A DNA stretch of 64,000 nucleotides from a virus (taxonomy: Duplodnaviria; Caudoviricetes), in IMG/VR virus record IMGVR_UViG_3300035208_004396; one strand, 5' to 3'. Position 1 is the stretch's first letter; each line of letters begins with the position of its first letter. Made by a program: the position numbers and the translations under genes. Shown one piece after another: positions 9,625 through 19,398 of the stretch. The notes below the pieces were generated by a model that was not told the DNA's origin, made no database searches, and was given only the letters and a program-made list of their open reading frames with translations.

Positions 9625-10246
9625 TTTATTAAAACACGTATCACGAATACATAAAATAGATCCAGAGACTTTTTTCAAGACTTATGTTGAACCGTGGGAG
9701 CATGTTTGTAAAATATGCGGTAAACCGACTGAATATGATGTTAGAAGAAAAAGGTTCAAATATGTTTGTAGAGATTGTTCAAAACATAAAAAACAGGATT
9801 ATTATACTCAAAAATTAACTTGTTTAATATGTAAAAAAACTTTTACAAACTATGCTAATTTAGGTGTACATTTGAAAGAGCATCACATAAGTATGAGAGA
9901 ATATCGAGCTAAATATGAGCCACAACATTTCGAATGTCAAAGATGTCATGCTAGTTTAGATCATAAGCATAAGTTATGTAAAAAATGTAGAGATATTAAC
10001 TATTTTTTGACTTTAATGCACAAGTATTATTCTATATATTTCAAAATATATAATAGTTTTCAGTGTTATTTAAGAAAGCATCCCACCGGCGGAACAAGAT
10101 ATTACTCAGTGGTTTTGAAACATCTCAATGATGTTACTAGAAAATTATTATATTATAAGATGAAATTTAAAGAAACGAGGAATAAATGGAACTCAATTTT
10201 ACCGGTAGACTCACCGCTGTGTCGTTATCAAAAGATGAAGATTTGA
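9587..10246 (+). CDS. multi-zinc-finger protein
   Basis: CPIC..H..H, CKIC..CRDC, CLIC..H..H, CQRC..CKKC. Confidence 0.75.
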   Translation: MKSCPICGKKCNDLLKHVSRIHKIDPETFFKTYVEPWEHVCKICGKPTEYDVRRKRFKYVCRDCSKHKKQDYYTQKLTCLICKKTFTNYANLGVHLKEHHISMREYRAKYEPQHFECQRCHASLDHKHKLCKKCRDINYFLTLMHKYYSIYFKIYNSFQCYLRKHPTGGTRYYSVVLKHLNDVTRKLLYYKMKFKETRNKWNSILPVDSPLCRYQKMKI

Positions 10247-10638
10247 TAGCTGAATTCAGCATTAAGACCACAGAATCATCAAGTTTTAATCTCATTCAGG
10301 CTTTATCTGAGTATAAGATTGATGTAAATACTATAAATCCTATTCAACCAGACTGGGAAATGATGGATATTCCTTTGCGTAACTGGGATATTAATGTTGC
10401 TATGACTTTTGATACTGTAGTAATAGATGTTAAAATGGATAGTGTTAAAATCAAGTGTAAAGAACTTAAAGATGGATCTAGTGTTAAAGATTACACATTT
10501 AAATTCACAAAATCTGCAACGCCTAACGATATTAATTTCGCTTTGATCTATTTGAATCAGAGATCTGAAAATGAAGATGGCAAGAAAGAATATACTTTAT
10601 ATAGTGTAAAATTAACTGATAAAAAGGATGAAAAATAA
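10186..10638 (+). CDS. hypothetical protein
   Basis: GAGG RBS; TAATG coupling to next gene. Confidence 0.75.
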   Translation: MELNFTGRLTAVSLSKDEDLIAEFSIKTTESSSFNLIQALSEYKIDVNTINPIQPDWEMMDIPLRNWDINVAMTFDTVVIDVKMDSVKIKCKELKDGSSVKDYTFKFTKSATPNDINFALIYLNQRSENEDGKKEYTLYSVKLTDKKDEK

Positions 10639-11342
10639 TGAAGAATTTTAATTATAATGAGAAGTTTTTGCATATTTTGCGTACACTTGTACCAATTACG
10701 GATAGTGTAAAGATAAAAAAAGAAGGTGCTGATGTGGTCGTTAATAATGAGACAAATGACCGTAGTATCTCTTATTCATTAAAAACTAAACTTGAAAATT
10801 TCAATCTTCCCGAAGAAATAAACTTCTTAAGTTTTACGAAGTTCTTCGATCTTTATAACTTAACTAAAGCTGGACAAGATATTCAACCTCAAATCGGAAT
10901 AGATTCTGATAATATCCATATTCAAGTAGGGGATCGTCATGTTACCGAAAGAATGGCTAATCCCGGTGCTATCAGAGATGTAAAGTTAGTAGATCTAAAT
11001 GCCATTCCGTTTATTTCAGCATTGAAGTTGAATCTTTCCGATCTACAATACATGAAACAGTGTATTAATACAATTCATGCTAATTTCATCAGATTCCATC
11101 TTGTAAATGATAAGGTAAATGTTACGGTATATGATACTATCAATGCGACAAAGGGAGAATATACTTATGATTTAGCTAATCCTGTAAAAGAATCTCGTGA
11201 TTATGTTACTTCTACAGAATGTTTCAGTAGTTTGCCTAATTATGATTATTCTCTTTGTTTCCTAGAAAATCCTGCTATTTTAGCTAAAAAAGATAATTCG
11301 GATGGTTTTGAACTGAATATCGCTCTATCACTTACAGAATAA
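10638..11342 (+). CDS. sliding clamp (gp45-like)
   Basis: 234 aa, N-terminal ILRTLVPITDSV pattern, FLSFTKFFDL, two-domain layout like gp45. Confidence 0.6.
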   Translation: MKNFNYNEKFLHILRTLVPITDSVKIKKEGADVVVNNETNDRSISYSLKTKLENFNLPEEINFLSFTKFFDLYNLTKAGQDIQPQIGIDSDNIHIQVGDRHVTERMANPGAIRDVKLVDLNAIPFISALKLNLSDLQYMKQCINTIHANFIRFHLVNDKVNVTVYDTINATKGEYTYDLANPVKESRDYVTSTECFSSLPNYDYSLCFLENPAILAKKDNSDGFELNIALSLTE

Positions 11343-12158
11343 TTATAGGTCGTTAGCTTTAATATCGATGGTCTTCAATAAATGGAGATCATCGATTTTT
11401 GTATTATATACTTTAGTGATGATTTCAGTTATCAATGCACAATTTTCTATCTTTTTATAAAGATTAGCTTCTACTGCAAAATTGCAATTAACTGTTATTT
11501 CACGTTTAGCTTCTTCGACTAATGTATCTTCGGTTTGTAGATTTATTGAGTCCATTTTGAATCTGAGATCTCGTTCTACATTTAAAAACCAGAATTCCTT
11601 AGTGTATAAGAACGATTCGGGATTAAATTTTACACCTATTTGTTCGATTACTTGTAAAGCATCACTCATTTTATCACAACTAACCTGCACTTCAAAACCA
11701 ATGTTATATGGTACGGGATGTAGGTTTTCGAATAATAATTCCACAGTTTCATCATTTACACCTTTATTCAGTAAATAATCAGTATAGAATGTTCTGGTGT
11801 ACGTTTGAGCAGCTGCCCTATTAGGATCGAATTGCATAGAACTGATCTTATAAGTCAAGTTAGGTTGACTGACATAATAATCTTTTCCCGATTCACTTTC
11901 AACTCTCGGATCATGAGATTTTGCTCTTGGACCGAATTTTACTGGAACAATTATATCTTTTCTAGGATAGCCCTTTTCATCATACCTTAATACATGAAGA
12001 TCCCCAAAATAATTACCAAAAGCTAAGATTATACCCCTCAAAGTATCAGCAAAAAAATAGTTTTTTGGATAACCACCATTTTCAGAGTTTAATGTAGCTC
12101 TCCAATAGTTATGTTCTTCCGGATTATATCCTATATCTACCCACGATCCTTGTTCCAT
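11343..12158 (-). CDS. tail sheath stabiliser/terminator (gp15-like)
   Basis: ILAFGNYF, VPVKFGP, PVPYNIGF, LQVIEQI..FNP. Confidence 0.85.
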   Translation of the reverse strand: MEQGSWVDIGYNPEEHNYWRATLNSENGGYPKNYFFADTLRGIILAFGNYFGDLHVLRYDEKGYPRKDIIVPVKFGPRAKSHDPRVESESGKDYYVSQPNLTYKISSMQFDPNRAAAQTYTRTFYTDYLLNKGVNDETVELLFENLHPVPYNIGFEVQVSCDKMSDALQVIEQIGVKFNPESFLYTKEFWFLNVERDLRFKMDSINLQTEDTLVEEAKREITVNCNFAVEANLYKKIENCALITEIITKVYNTKIDDLHLLKTIDIKANDL

Positions 12159-12172
12159 ATAGATATGTATGA

Positions 12173-12499
12173 ATGCAATTACACAAGCATCTAAATCAAG
12201 CCGATAAAGCTAAAGTTAGAAGCACTAAAGCTTGGAAAAAACTCAAAAAAGATTTGTTGGCTAAAGATAATCTGGATTATTTGACTAAAATGAGATTAAC
12301 AGATGATTTCAACTGTCATCATTTAGATTTGAGACCTGCTAATTATGGTAAATTAGATAATTTATCTCATTTTATGCCACTAAATCGTAATTCACATGAA
12401 GTTATACATTTCTTATACAACTTATACAAAAACGATCCATACATATTGGATCGTTTGAAAGAAATCTTAGATTTGATGACTAAATTAAGCCAAAATTGA
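12173..12499 (+). CDS. HNH-like endonuclease
   Basis: W..L, CHHLD...N...LNRNSHEVIH. Confidence 0.55.
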   Translation: MQLHKHLNQADKAKVRSTKAWKKLKKDLLAKDNLDYLTKMRLTDDFNCHHLDLRPANYGKLDNLSHFMPLNRNSHEVIHFLYNLYKNDPYILDRLKEILDLMTKLSQN

Positions 12500-12805
12500 C
12501 AAAATCTGATCTTTCTTGATTGGCTTAGGCTTTTCATTCGAATTGGTCTTATAAGCGAAGGGAATCATCTTCTCAATAAAATAATTGAAAATAAAGCCAT
12601 CCTTCCCCATAAACAGGTTATCACCGGGATTACTAATATGACGGAGCTTATTTGGCGAAAGCTTTATATGCTTATTTTCATTCACTTTAGCTAGGTAGAT
12701 CTGCTTATACCCATTCTTATAAGTATAGATTTTTCCCGTGACCACGATATAATATACACCTGTGATCTTGTCCTTAACGATATCGAGCTTCTTGAATTTC
12801 ATCAT
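12485..12805 (-). CDS. hypothetical protein
   Basis: GGAAGG RBS, TTGCCG-N17-TATATT promoter. Confidence 0.7.
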   Translation of the reverse strand: MMKFKKLDIVKDKITGVYYIVVTGKIYTYKNGYKQIYLAKVNENKHIKLSPNKLRHISNPGDNLFMGKDGFIFNYFIEKMIPFAYKTNSNEKPKPIKKDQILSILA

Positions 12806-12878
12806 GAACCTTCCTGTAATTTTAATCCAGAATTGGATTATATTTATAATATAATAATTATTTTGAAATTCGGCAACC

Positions 12879-14108
12879 TTAATTAAAACCTTTTTTCACA
12901 TAATCCGATGTCATATTAAGACCATCTTTCAAATATGACACCTCATCTTTAACGCCATTAGTGACATAATCGCCGAACATTTTAGCATTATCCGAATAAC
13001 TTGCATCATCTTTATGATCGATATTCAAAGCAGAACCATTTATAGCTTTACTAATCATCATTGGCCCAGGTACAGTAGTAGTCTTCAGATTTGCTGAGAA
13101 ATCGAAATATATCGGAATGGGATAACCATTTTTATCCAATTTGAATTGACTTGACGGAGTAGCAGACCAATCCGAGATATACCACTCTAACACATTGCTA
13201 TTCTTAAATATACATGGCATATATAATCTGAAAGTAACCTGTGCTCTACGAAGTTGACTGTGAAATGCTATATCATCATCTAAACTTAGATCGCTAGCCA
13301 TATCTATAATCATCTGTTTAACTCCAGCATTAGCAGAATTAGCTTCTTTTTCGGTATTAGCATAATTTTTATCATATTTTTCGTTATCATCATGAACTAG
13401 ATACTGGGACCCATCATAAACAGACATAGGCAATGTTTTCAAAACATTGCCTTCGGCTTTAGCTAAGTTAGCTGTCTTATCTAACATATCACCTATACGA
13501 GTAGTAAAATTACCCGATGTAATCGAATCCCCTATAGAACCTAGTTCATTTTTTATCTCTTTTACACCAGATTTTGAGTTTACTAACATATCATTGAGAG
13601 GATCGAAACTCTCAAACGGTGCAGTAGCACAAGCTAGAAATCTCATAATGTAATAAGGATCGGAAGTTCCAAATTCCGAATGACCTGTATATACACGCCA
13701 TTCCAGAGTATAAGATATACGAGAAGTAGATTTAGCGATATACTGTGTATAAGCATCTGTTAAAATGGGATGAATATATTGTTTAGGATCGGCTAACCAA
13801 GCTAAAACTTCTCCCCCACCAAGTTTTTTAGTATCAAACTGTGTACTTCCGGCGATGAATTCGCCGAGAGTTTTAGCACCTTTACATTCTTCGAAATCTG
13901 TATTTAGACCTATGCTTGGAACATCATTCAATAATCCCGAAATAGTGGGTTTCTTTTTATTTACACTAGATAAGAACTTTTTATAATAAGTCGCCGAACT
14001 ATAAACATCACATAAAGATAAATTGAATAACTTATTGTTGTTTATTTTATCTAAGATCGGAGGTGTGGTATTGTCCGATACCGTTATCGTGATGGGTTTT
14101 AACGACAT
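12879..14108 (-). CDS. probable tail/baseplate structural protein (gp48-like tube fold?)
   Basis: C-terminal ISDWSATP...GYPIPIYFDFSANL pattern; late operon. Confidence 0.35.
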   Translation of the reverse strand: MSLKPITITVSDNTTPPILDKINNNKLFNLSLCDVYSSATYYKKFLSSVNKKKPTISGLLNDVPSIGLNTDFEECKGAKTLGEFIAGSTQFDTKKLGGGEVLAWLADPKQYIHPILTDAYTQYIAKSTSRISYTLEWRVYTGHSEFGTSDPYYIMRFLACATAPFESFDPLNDMLVNSKSGVKEIKNELGSIGDSITSGNFTTRIGDMLDKTANLAKAEGNVLKTLPMSVYDGSQYLVHDDNEKYDKNYANTEKEANSANAGVKQMIIDMASDLSLDDDIAFHSQLRRAQVTFRLYMPCIFKNSNVLEWYISDWSATPSSQFKLDKNGYPIPIYFDFSANLKTTTVPGPMMISKAINGSALNIDHKDDASYSDNAKMFGDYVTNGVKDEVSYLKDGLNMTSDYVKKGFN

Positions 14109-14572
14109 TATCTCAAAGAATTGTTAAAAACTATTATTGCAGCAGCTAAATCAATCAAAGAACGATCTCGTGAGTCATTGTTAGCGATAATGTTATAAGC
14201 TTTAGGACTGCACCTGTTAACATCTGCTGTATTGAAACCAGATTGTCCTACTATAGCAACTACTTGTTCACAAGCCCCACGAATAGTCTTTTCTAAATTG
14301 GAAATCTGTTCGGCAACTGTCTTATATAATGAGTTTTGATTACAAGAATTATCGAAAATAGTAGTAACAGCTGAAACAACAGAATTAGCTATCTCTACTT
14401 GAGGTTTAATCAAATCTTTCACTTTACTTGCATCAACACTCACTTTTTGTGTTGGCAATTCTATATTAGTCTCTTTCTCGGGTGTATCAACTTTTTCTTT
14501 GGGCTCTTCGGGCTTTTTCAAAATTTGATCTATTTGATTGGCTAAATCTTCATATATTTTGCTTATATTCAT
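14108..14572 (-). CDS. hypothetical late protein
   Basis: AATATATA-N5-ATG; KIYE N-terminus. Confidence 0.7.
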   Translation of the reverse strand: MNISKIYEDLANQIDQILKKPEEPKEKVDTPEKETNIELPTQKVSVDASKVKDLIKPQVEIANSVVSAVTTIFDNSCNQNSLYKTVAEQISNLEKTIRGACEQVVAIVGQSGFNTADVNRCSPKAYNIIANNDSRDRSLIDLAAAIIVFNNSLR

Positions 14573-14622
14573 ACTCTTATATATTTAGTTCGATCAAACT
14601 TCAATATCATTCGTAATTTTCA

Positions 14623-14823
14623 TTTTAACGCCTATTAAAGGCCGTAAGATAGTTTTTATGATATAGTTACTAGTTAATTAAAAATACGTCATTATACATA
14701 CGTTTATATTAAATTAAAAACATAGCTCTATTTTTAATTTTAACACCCATTTTAGACAGTATTTTAACTAAACGTATAGTCATTAAGGTATTATGCAAAT
14801 ACTGTCTTAAAAACACCTTAAAA
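14623..14823. repeat. two copies of a ~86-bp imperfect palindrome (62-bp core)
   Basis: TTTTAGACAGTATT...AATACTGTCTTAAA at 14750-14811; weaker copy at 14635-14696. Confidence 0.6.
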
Positions 14824-14925
14824 TTAAATTAACATGGTATATGATTATAATCATATTAAGCCATGAATAATATTTCTTTTGAATCAATTTCAGACATATT
14901 TCCGGAATAAAATTGAATTTCTAAT

Positions 14926-15095
14926 TGTAAACTTATTTTAACATTTCATTAAAACCTATCCGTCATTACTCTAAGTAGGTAACCAAGTGATTTTCAAGTC
15001 ATAAAAAGTCCACATATTTCTTGATTGTTACATTATAGTTGGGTAGGGAGAAGAGGAATCTTTTTTATATAGTATAAACCTATAGGAGGGGGGTA
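14926..15095 (+). repeat. ~170-bp non-coding element, copy 1
   Basis: ~85% identical by eye to 56978-57148. Confidence 0.9.
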
Positions 15096-15183
15096 TGAAG
15101 ATAGAAAAGGTTTGTCTATTCTTCAATCTTGATGTGTATGAAATATCGAAAAAGTTTATGAAAAGATGATTATATTTTGATAT

Positions 15184-15924
15184 ATGAAAATAGTAGAACC
15201 AGAGACCGAGAAGAAAGTAGATTCGAGATTTACATTATTAGATAAATCCGAATTCCCGAGTAGGGGATCATTTTATGATACCGATATTTATATTAGGAAG
15301 ATGAGTATTCAGCACATAACAGATTTGAGTGTTATGACTAAAGATACTGAAACTAATGTGATAAATCACATTTTGAACGAATGTGTACATGGTATAGATT
15401 ATCCTAAGATTTGTTTAGGTGATCGTATTTGGTTGTTATATAAGCTCAGATTTAATACATTCAAGAGTCAATTTAAGATGAAATTCGATTGTGATGTTTG
15501 TACTATGACTACCTGGTCAGGTGTTAAATTGTCTGATTTGGTGGTGTATTATTATAATCCCAACTTCGAAAAGTCAGTAAAATTGCCTAATAATGATGTA
15601 ATTACGATTAAATATCCTACAATTGGTACAGATTTGCAGATTAAAAAGAAGATGAATGATCCGAATGTAATTGGTGGTATACATTATGTTCTGATGAGTA
15701 TAGCGAGTCATATTGATACTATCAATTCGAAGAAAATAGGTTTATTCGAATCATATGAATATGTGAATAATCTCGATCCGGATACATATGAAGCATTTGT
15801 TAACTTTTTATTAACAGTAAAGTTTGGTTGTACGGGAAAAGTTAAGCATACCTGTAAATGTGGCAATACCGGTTTTTACGATTTAGATTTATCTAGTGAT
15901 TTTTTCATTCCTAAGGAGAATTAA
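15184..15924 (+). CDS. baseplate hub assembly protein (gp26-like)
   Basis: FPSRG.FY, GDRIWLLYKLR, CDVC/CKC, IKYPT. Confidence 0.7.
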   Translation: MKIVEPETEKKVDSRFTLLDKSEFPSRGSFYDTDIYIRKMSIQHITDLSVMTKDTETNVINHILNECVHGIDYPKICLGDRIWLLYKLRFNTFKSQFKMKFDCDVCTMTTWSGVKLSDLVVYYYNPNFEKSVKLPNNDVITIKYPTIGTDLQIKKKMNDPNVIGGIHYVLMSIASHIDTINSKKIGLFESYEYVNNLDPDTYEAFVNFLLTVKFGCTGKVKHTCKCGNTGFYDLDLSSDFFIPKEN

Positions 15925-16413
15925 ATGCAAGATACAGTTCAAAAGAAGATTAGTAAAATTGAATTCATTGAATTATATGAATATGCGATTAAGTCATTTA
16001 ATAATGAAGGATATAGCATAAATCAAAGTAGATTTATTGCACATCTAGTAAAAACGTATAATGGTTTGTATCGTCAATTATTGACTGAGTTGAATCCAGT
16101 TATGACAGCTAAGGGTATAGAATATGATCAAAAACGTAAGAAATTAATCGAAAAATATGCCGATCGAGATGCTAAAGGAGACATGATTTATCAGAATGGT
16201 CAACCCATAATTCAAGAAAACATCGTCGAATTCAGAAAAGAAGGTGAAAATCTTGATAAAATGTATAAAACTGAGATTGAAACATATAATAATAAGGTTA
16301 AAGAACTTGAACCTAAGAAGATGGAATTAATCGACATCAATGTAAAAGTATTATATGCTGATGATGTCGATAAGAAACTTTCTCCTCGTATCGTAGGATT
16401 ACTTTTAGGATAA
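15925..16413 (+). CDS. hypothetical protein
   Basis: AAGGAG RBS; LIEKYADRD..G. Confidence 0.75.
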   Translation: MQDTVQKKISKIEFIELYEYAIKSFNNEGYSINQSRFIAHLVKTYNGLYRQLLTELNPVMTAKGIEYDQKRKKLIEKYADRDAKGDMIYQNGQPIIQENIVEFRKEGENLDKMYKTEIETYNNKVKELEPKKMELIDINVKVLYADDVDKKLSPRIVGLLLG

Positions 16414-16417
16414 ATCT

Positions 16418-16831
16418 ATGGATATTAATGATGTTAAACATCCAAAACATTATACTAATCATCCGTCACGTATCGAAGTAATAAATGTTACTCGTTTATT
16501 GCCAGGTGATCTGAGTAATATGTTTAAATACTGTGTTAGATTCCGCGATAAAAATAAGCCTTATGAAGATCTTGAAAAAGCTATTACTTATACAGAAGAT
16601 CAAATAGATCATATCGGTATGTTATGTACAGAAAGCGCAATGATGTCAAATGCAATACCATTGATCGAAAAATTCATGCTTTATGAGGAGAGTTTATATT
16701 TGAGAAATGTGTTTTTTGATTTGTTGAAGCTCATAGAACTAAAACCCTTCGATTATTTCTTTGGAAAAGATCTGTTATTAGATATTAAAAAGAATATAAA
16801 ATCGGAACAAGAAAAATATATTTCATCGTGA
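16418..16831 (+). CDS. DUF3310 family protein
   Basis: DVKHPKHY, IEVI, N.FKY..R...K...EDLEKA. Confidence 0.8.
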   Translation: MDINDVKHPKHYTNHPSRIEVINVTRLLPGDLSNMFKYCVRFRDKNKPYEDLEKAITYTEDQIDHIGMLCTESAMMSNAIPLIEKFMLYEESLYLRNVFFDLLKLIELKPFDYFFGKDLLLDIKKNIKSEQEKYISS

Positions 16832-16876
16832 ACTAAATGAGACATTAAACGGTCTCATTTTAATATATAAGCATAT

Positions 16877-17335
16877 ATGATACCTAGCATTAATTGTGTT
16901 AATCTTATTAAAAAATGGGAAGGATTCCGAGCAAAACCATATCAAACTGTCTATAATGGAAAAAAAGATGTACCTACTATAGGTTATGGCAGTACTTTTT
17001 ATCTAGATGGTAAGAAAGTTTCTATGCAAGATCAAATGATAACAGAATCTACTGCTAGTGAGATGTTATCTGTAATAGTGAATGATTTTGCTACTCGAAT
17101 GATACCATATATTAAATCTAAATTGAATCAGAACCAATTTGATGCATTAGTATGTTTTTCTTATAATGTCGGTCTTGGTAACTTCATTAAATCTACATTG
17201 TTAAAAAAAGTTAACAATTCAGATTTTAATGGAGCTAGTTCAGAATTTTTGAAATGGAATAAGTGTCAGGGTAAAGTTGTTACGGGTTTGACTAATCGAC
17301 GAAATGATGAAAAAACTCTATTTTTGAAGGTATAA
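16877..17335 (+). CDS. endolysin, GH24 lysozyme
   Basis: EGFRAKPY, TIGYG, NQFDALVCFSYNVG, GLTNRR.DE. Confidence 0.95.
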   Translation: MIPSINCVNLIKKWEGFRAKPYQTVYNGKKDVPTIGYGSTFYLDGKKVSMQDQMITESTASEMLSVIVNDFATRMIPYIKSKLNQNQFDALVCFSYNVGLGNFIKSTLLKKVNNSDFNGASSEFLKWNKCQGKVVTGLTNRRNDEKTLFLKV

Positions 17336-17337
17336 TC

Positions 17338-18615
17338 ATGTCATTGTTCAGGGATATATTACTAGAAGCTAAAGCTATGGATATAGATGTAGCTTCTGAT
17401 CGAATTGCAGCATATTTTAATAGAAAAATGAATATGTCTTGTTCTTTCGTTAAAATCAGCTTATTTTCATCGAAAAATGGAGTTTTCAAAGGTAAATTAT
17501 ATGTTTCAGATGATCTTAAAGCGATTCGAGTTAATTGGCAGCTTGAAAACTTTGCTGGCATATCATTATGGTCTAATTATTCAGTAGATCCAAATAAACC
17601 AGATATCGATATATTAGTTAGGAACATTAATCTTACTGATGAAGATAGTTTTGTTAAGATATTACCTAGAATATATGATGCTGTTAAGTACCAAAATGAA
17701 GAAATCGAAGGTGATATAATCAAAACTAAAGGGGCTTCGACTAAAGAAGTTGATAATTCCGAGACGATTAAAGAGCTTAAACGTCTAAAAAGTGAAGATT
17801 ATTCTGATGTAAATACAGTATATGAAGATATAGAAGTTCAAGTAAAGTCAGTAGCTAAAGGTTTCAACAGCGCTTTATTGATCTGCGGAAAACAAGGTGG
17901 AACGGGTAAATCATTTACTGTTAAAAAAGCATTAAAATCGGTAGGAGCATGGCAAAATGTAGATTATACTATCATAAAGGGTACTGTTTCACCTACATCG
18001 TTATATAAGAATCTTTATGATTATTATGATCGTGTAATAGTATTTGATGACTGTGATTCGGTACTAATAGGTGGTACAGATAGTACTAACATGTTGAAAG
18101 CTGCATTAGACACTGGTAATCATAAAATAGTGTCATGGGAAAATGCTGATGCTTTTAACACTAATAATTTAACTCATGCAGAAATTGATAAATTATGGTC
18201 TAAACCAGAAAATAAAAACAAACATCCTAGTAGTTTTGAGTTCAGTGGTGGGGTTATATTCATTTCGAACTTATCAAAAGAGTACATAGGTAAAAAAGAT
18301 TCAGCCTTATTGACTAGATGTTTATATGTAAATGTTAATATTAAACCAAGTGATATGATAGAAAGAATGAGAAAAGTTTTACCAACTGTAAAGATTTATG
18401 CTGCAAGAAAGTTGAATGGGGAACCACAAGACGTTACACAACCAGAATTATTAGAGAAAGTTTTCAACTTTTTATCTAGTGATGAATTCATAAATGCTCC
18501 ACAAAACAGAGGGAAATCTATCAGTTTCAGAATTTTGAACCAGATTTATCTTCTTGCATTATCAGGAGCAAGTGAAACTACATGGCATCGACTTGCATTT
18601 AGTTATATGTCTTAA
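17338..18615 (+). CDS. AAA+ ATPase with N-terminal extension
   Basis: Walker A GKQGGTGKS, Walker B VFDDCD, FISN sensor, ALLTR. Confidence 0.85.
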   Translation: MSLFRDILLEAKAMDIDVASDRIAAYFNRKMNMSCSFVKISLFSSKNGVFKGKLYVSDDLKAIRVNWQLENFAGISLWSNYSVDPNKPDIDILVRNINLTDEDSFVKILPRIYDAVKYQNEEIEGDIIKTKGASTKEVDNSETIKELKRLKSEDYSDVNTVYEDIEVQVKSVAKGFNSALLICGKQGGTGKSFTVKKALKSVGAWQNVDYTIIKGTVSPTSLYKNLYDYYDRVIVFDDCDSVLIGGTDSTNMLKAALDTGNHKIVSWENADAFNTNNLTHAEIDKLWSKPENKNKHPSSFEFSGGVIFISNLSKEYIGKKDSALLTRCLYVNVNIKPSDMIERMRKVLPTVKIYAARKLNGEPQDVTQPELLEKVFNFLSSDEFINAPQNRGKSISFRILNQIYLLALSGASETTWHRLAFSYMS

Positions 18616-18692
18616 TGTTTCAACCACATAAAGTGGTCAATCTCAAAAATGCCGATAATATATATAAATAATATAAAGGAGAATTTACTTTT

Positions 18693-19085
18693 ATGAAAAG
18701 AGTAATGCTTAATGAAAAAGAATACGCGAAGTTACGTAGACTTCGTTTATCAGAAATGGATATTAACAAAGATAATATGAGTTCAGGCGAACCAAATGGA
18801 GAAGACCAAACTTCTGTTGGTGCAGAAGGAGACGACGATATTGAGCCAGTAAGTGAAACCGCTATGTATTTACAGAGTTTAGCTGATTATTTTGCTTCTG
18901 GAACTATTGAAGACGATACCTTTGTACCAGATTTCTTAGCTAATATAAAGGATATTGTGGGTCAATATTCTGACGAAGGTCAAATTGACTTAGATGATTT
19001 CAGGGATGACAATTGTGATCCCAATGATCCTAATTGCGATCCTGATGAATATAAGCCATTAGATCAAATGGGTGATGAGGACTAA
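18693..19085 (+). CDS. acidic late protein, possible head internal protein
   Basis: TATAAATA promoter, AAGGAG RBS, LNE/LSE motifs. Confidence 0.7.
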   Translation: MKRVMLNEKEYAKLRRLRLSEMDINKDNMSSGEPNGEDQTSVGAEGDDDIEPVSETAMYLQSLADYFASGTIEDDTFVPDFLANIKDIVGQYSDEGQIDLDDFRDDNCDPNDPNCDPDEYKPLDQMGDED

Positions 19086-19101
19086 AATTTTATAATTAAC
19101 T

Positions 19102-19130
19102 AAAAAGGACCCAATTATTGGGTCCTTTTT
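19102..19130. terminator. bidirectional terminator
   Basis: AAAAAGGACCCAAT-T-ATTGGGTCCTTTTT. Confidence 0.85.
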
Positions 19131-19381
19131 CAATCTGGATTATCTATTTTAGCACTACCTTTGAATTTAGCCGAATGCATGTAATTTTTAGAAACATACA
19201 TACCAGCACTTGTTAAAATAGGAACTATAGCACAAAATACAGAACTCATATTCGAAAAATCTGTACTTGGTAATAATAGAAACTTAATTGAAAATGCTAT
19301 AACTAAGATGTTTGTTATGCTCAATTCATTACGATCATTGAGTATTCTGAAAAAACGAAGAATTTTGAATAACTTTTTCAT
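19130..19381 (-). CDS. two-TM membrane protein, holin candidate
   Basis: Two hydrophobic segments, basic N-terminus, late promoter. Confidence 0.5.
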   Translation of the reverse strand: MKKLFKILRFFRILNDRNELSITNILVIAFSIKFLLLPSTDFSNMSSVFCAIVPILTSAGMYVSKNYMHSAKFKGSAKIDNPD

Positions 19382-19398
19382 CTCTGATATATATGAAA

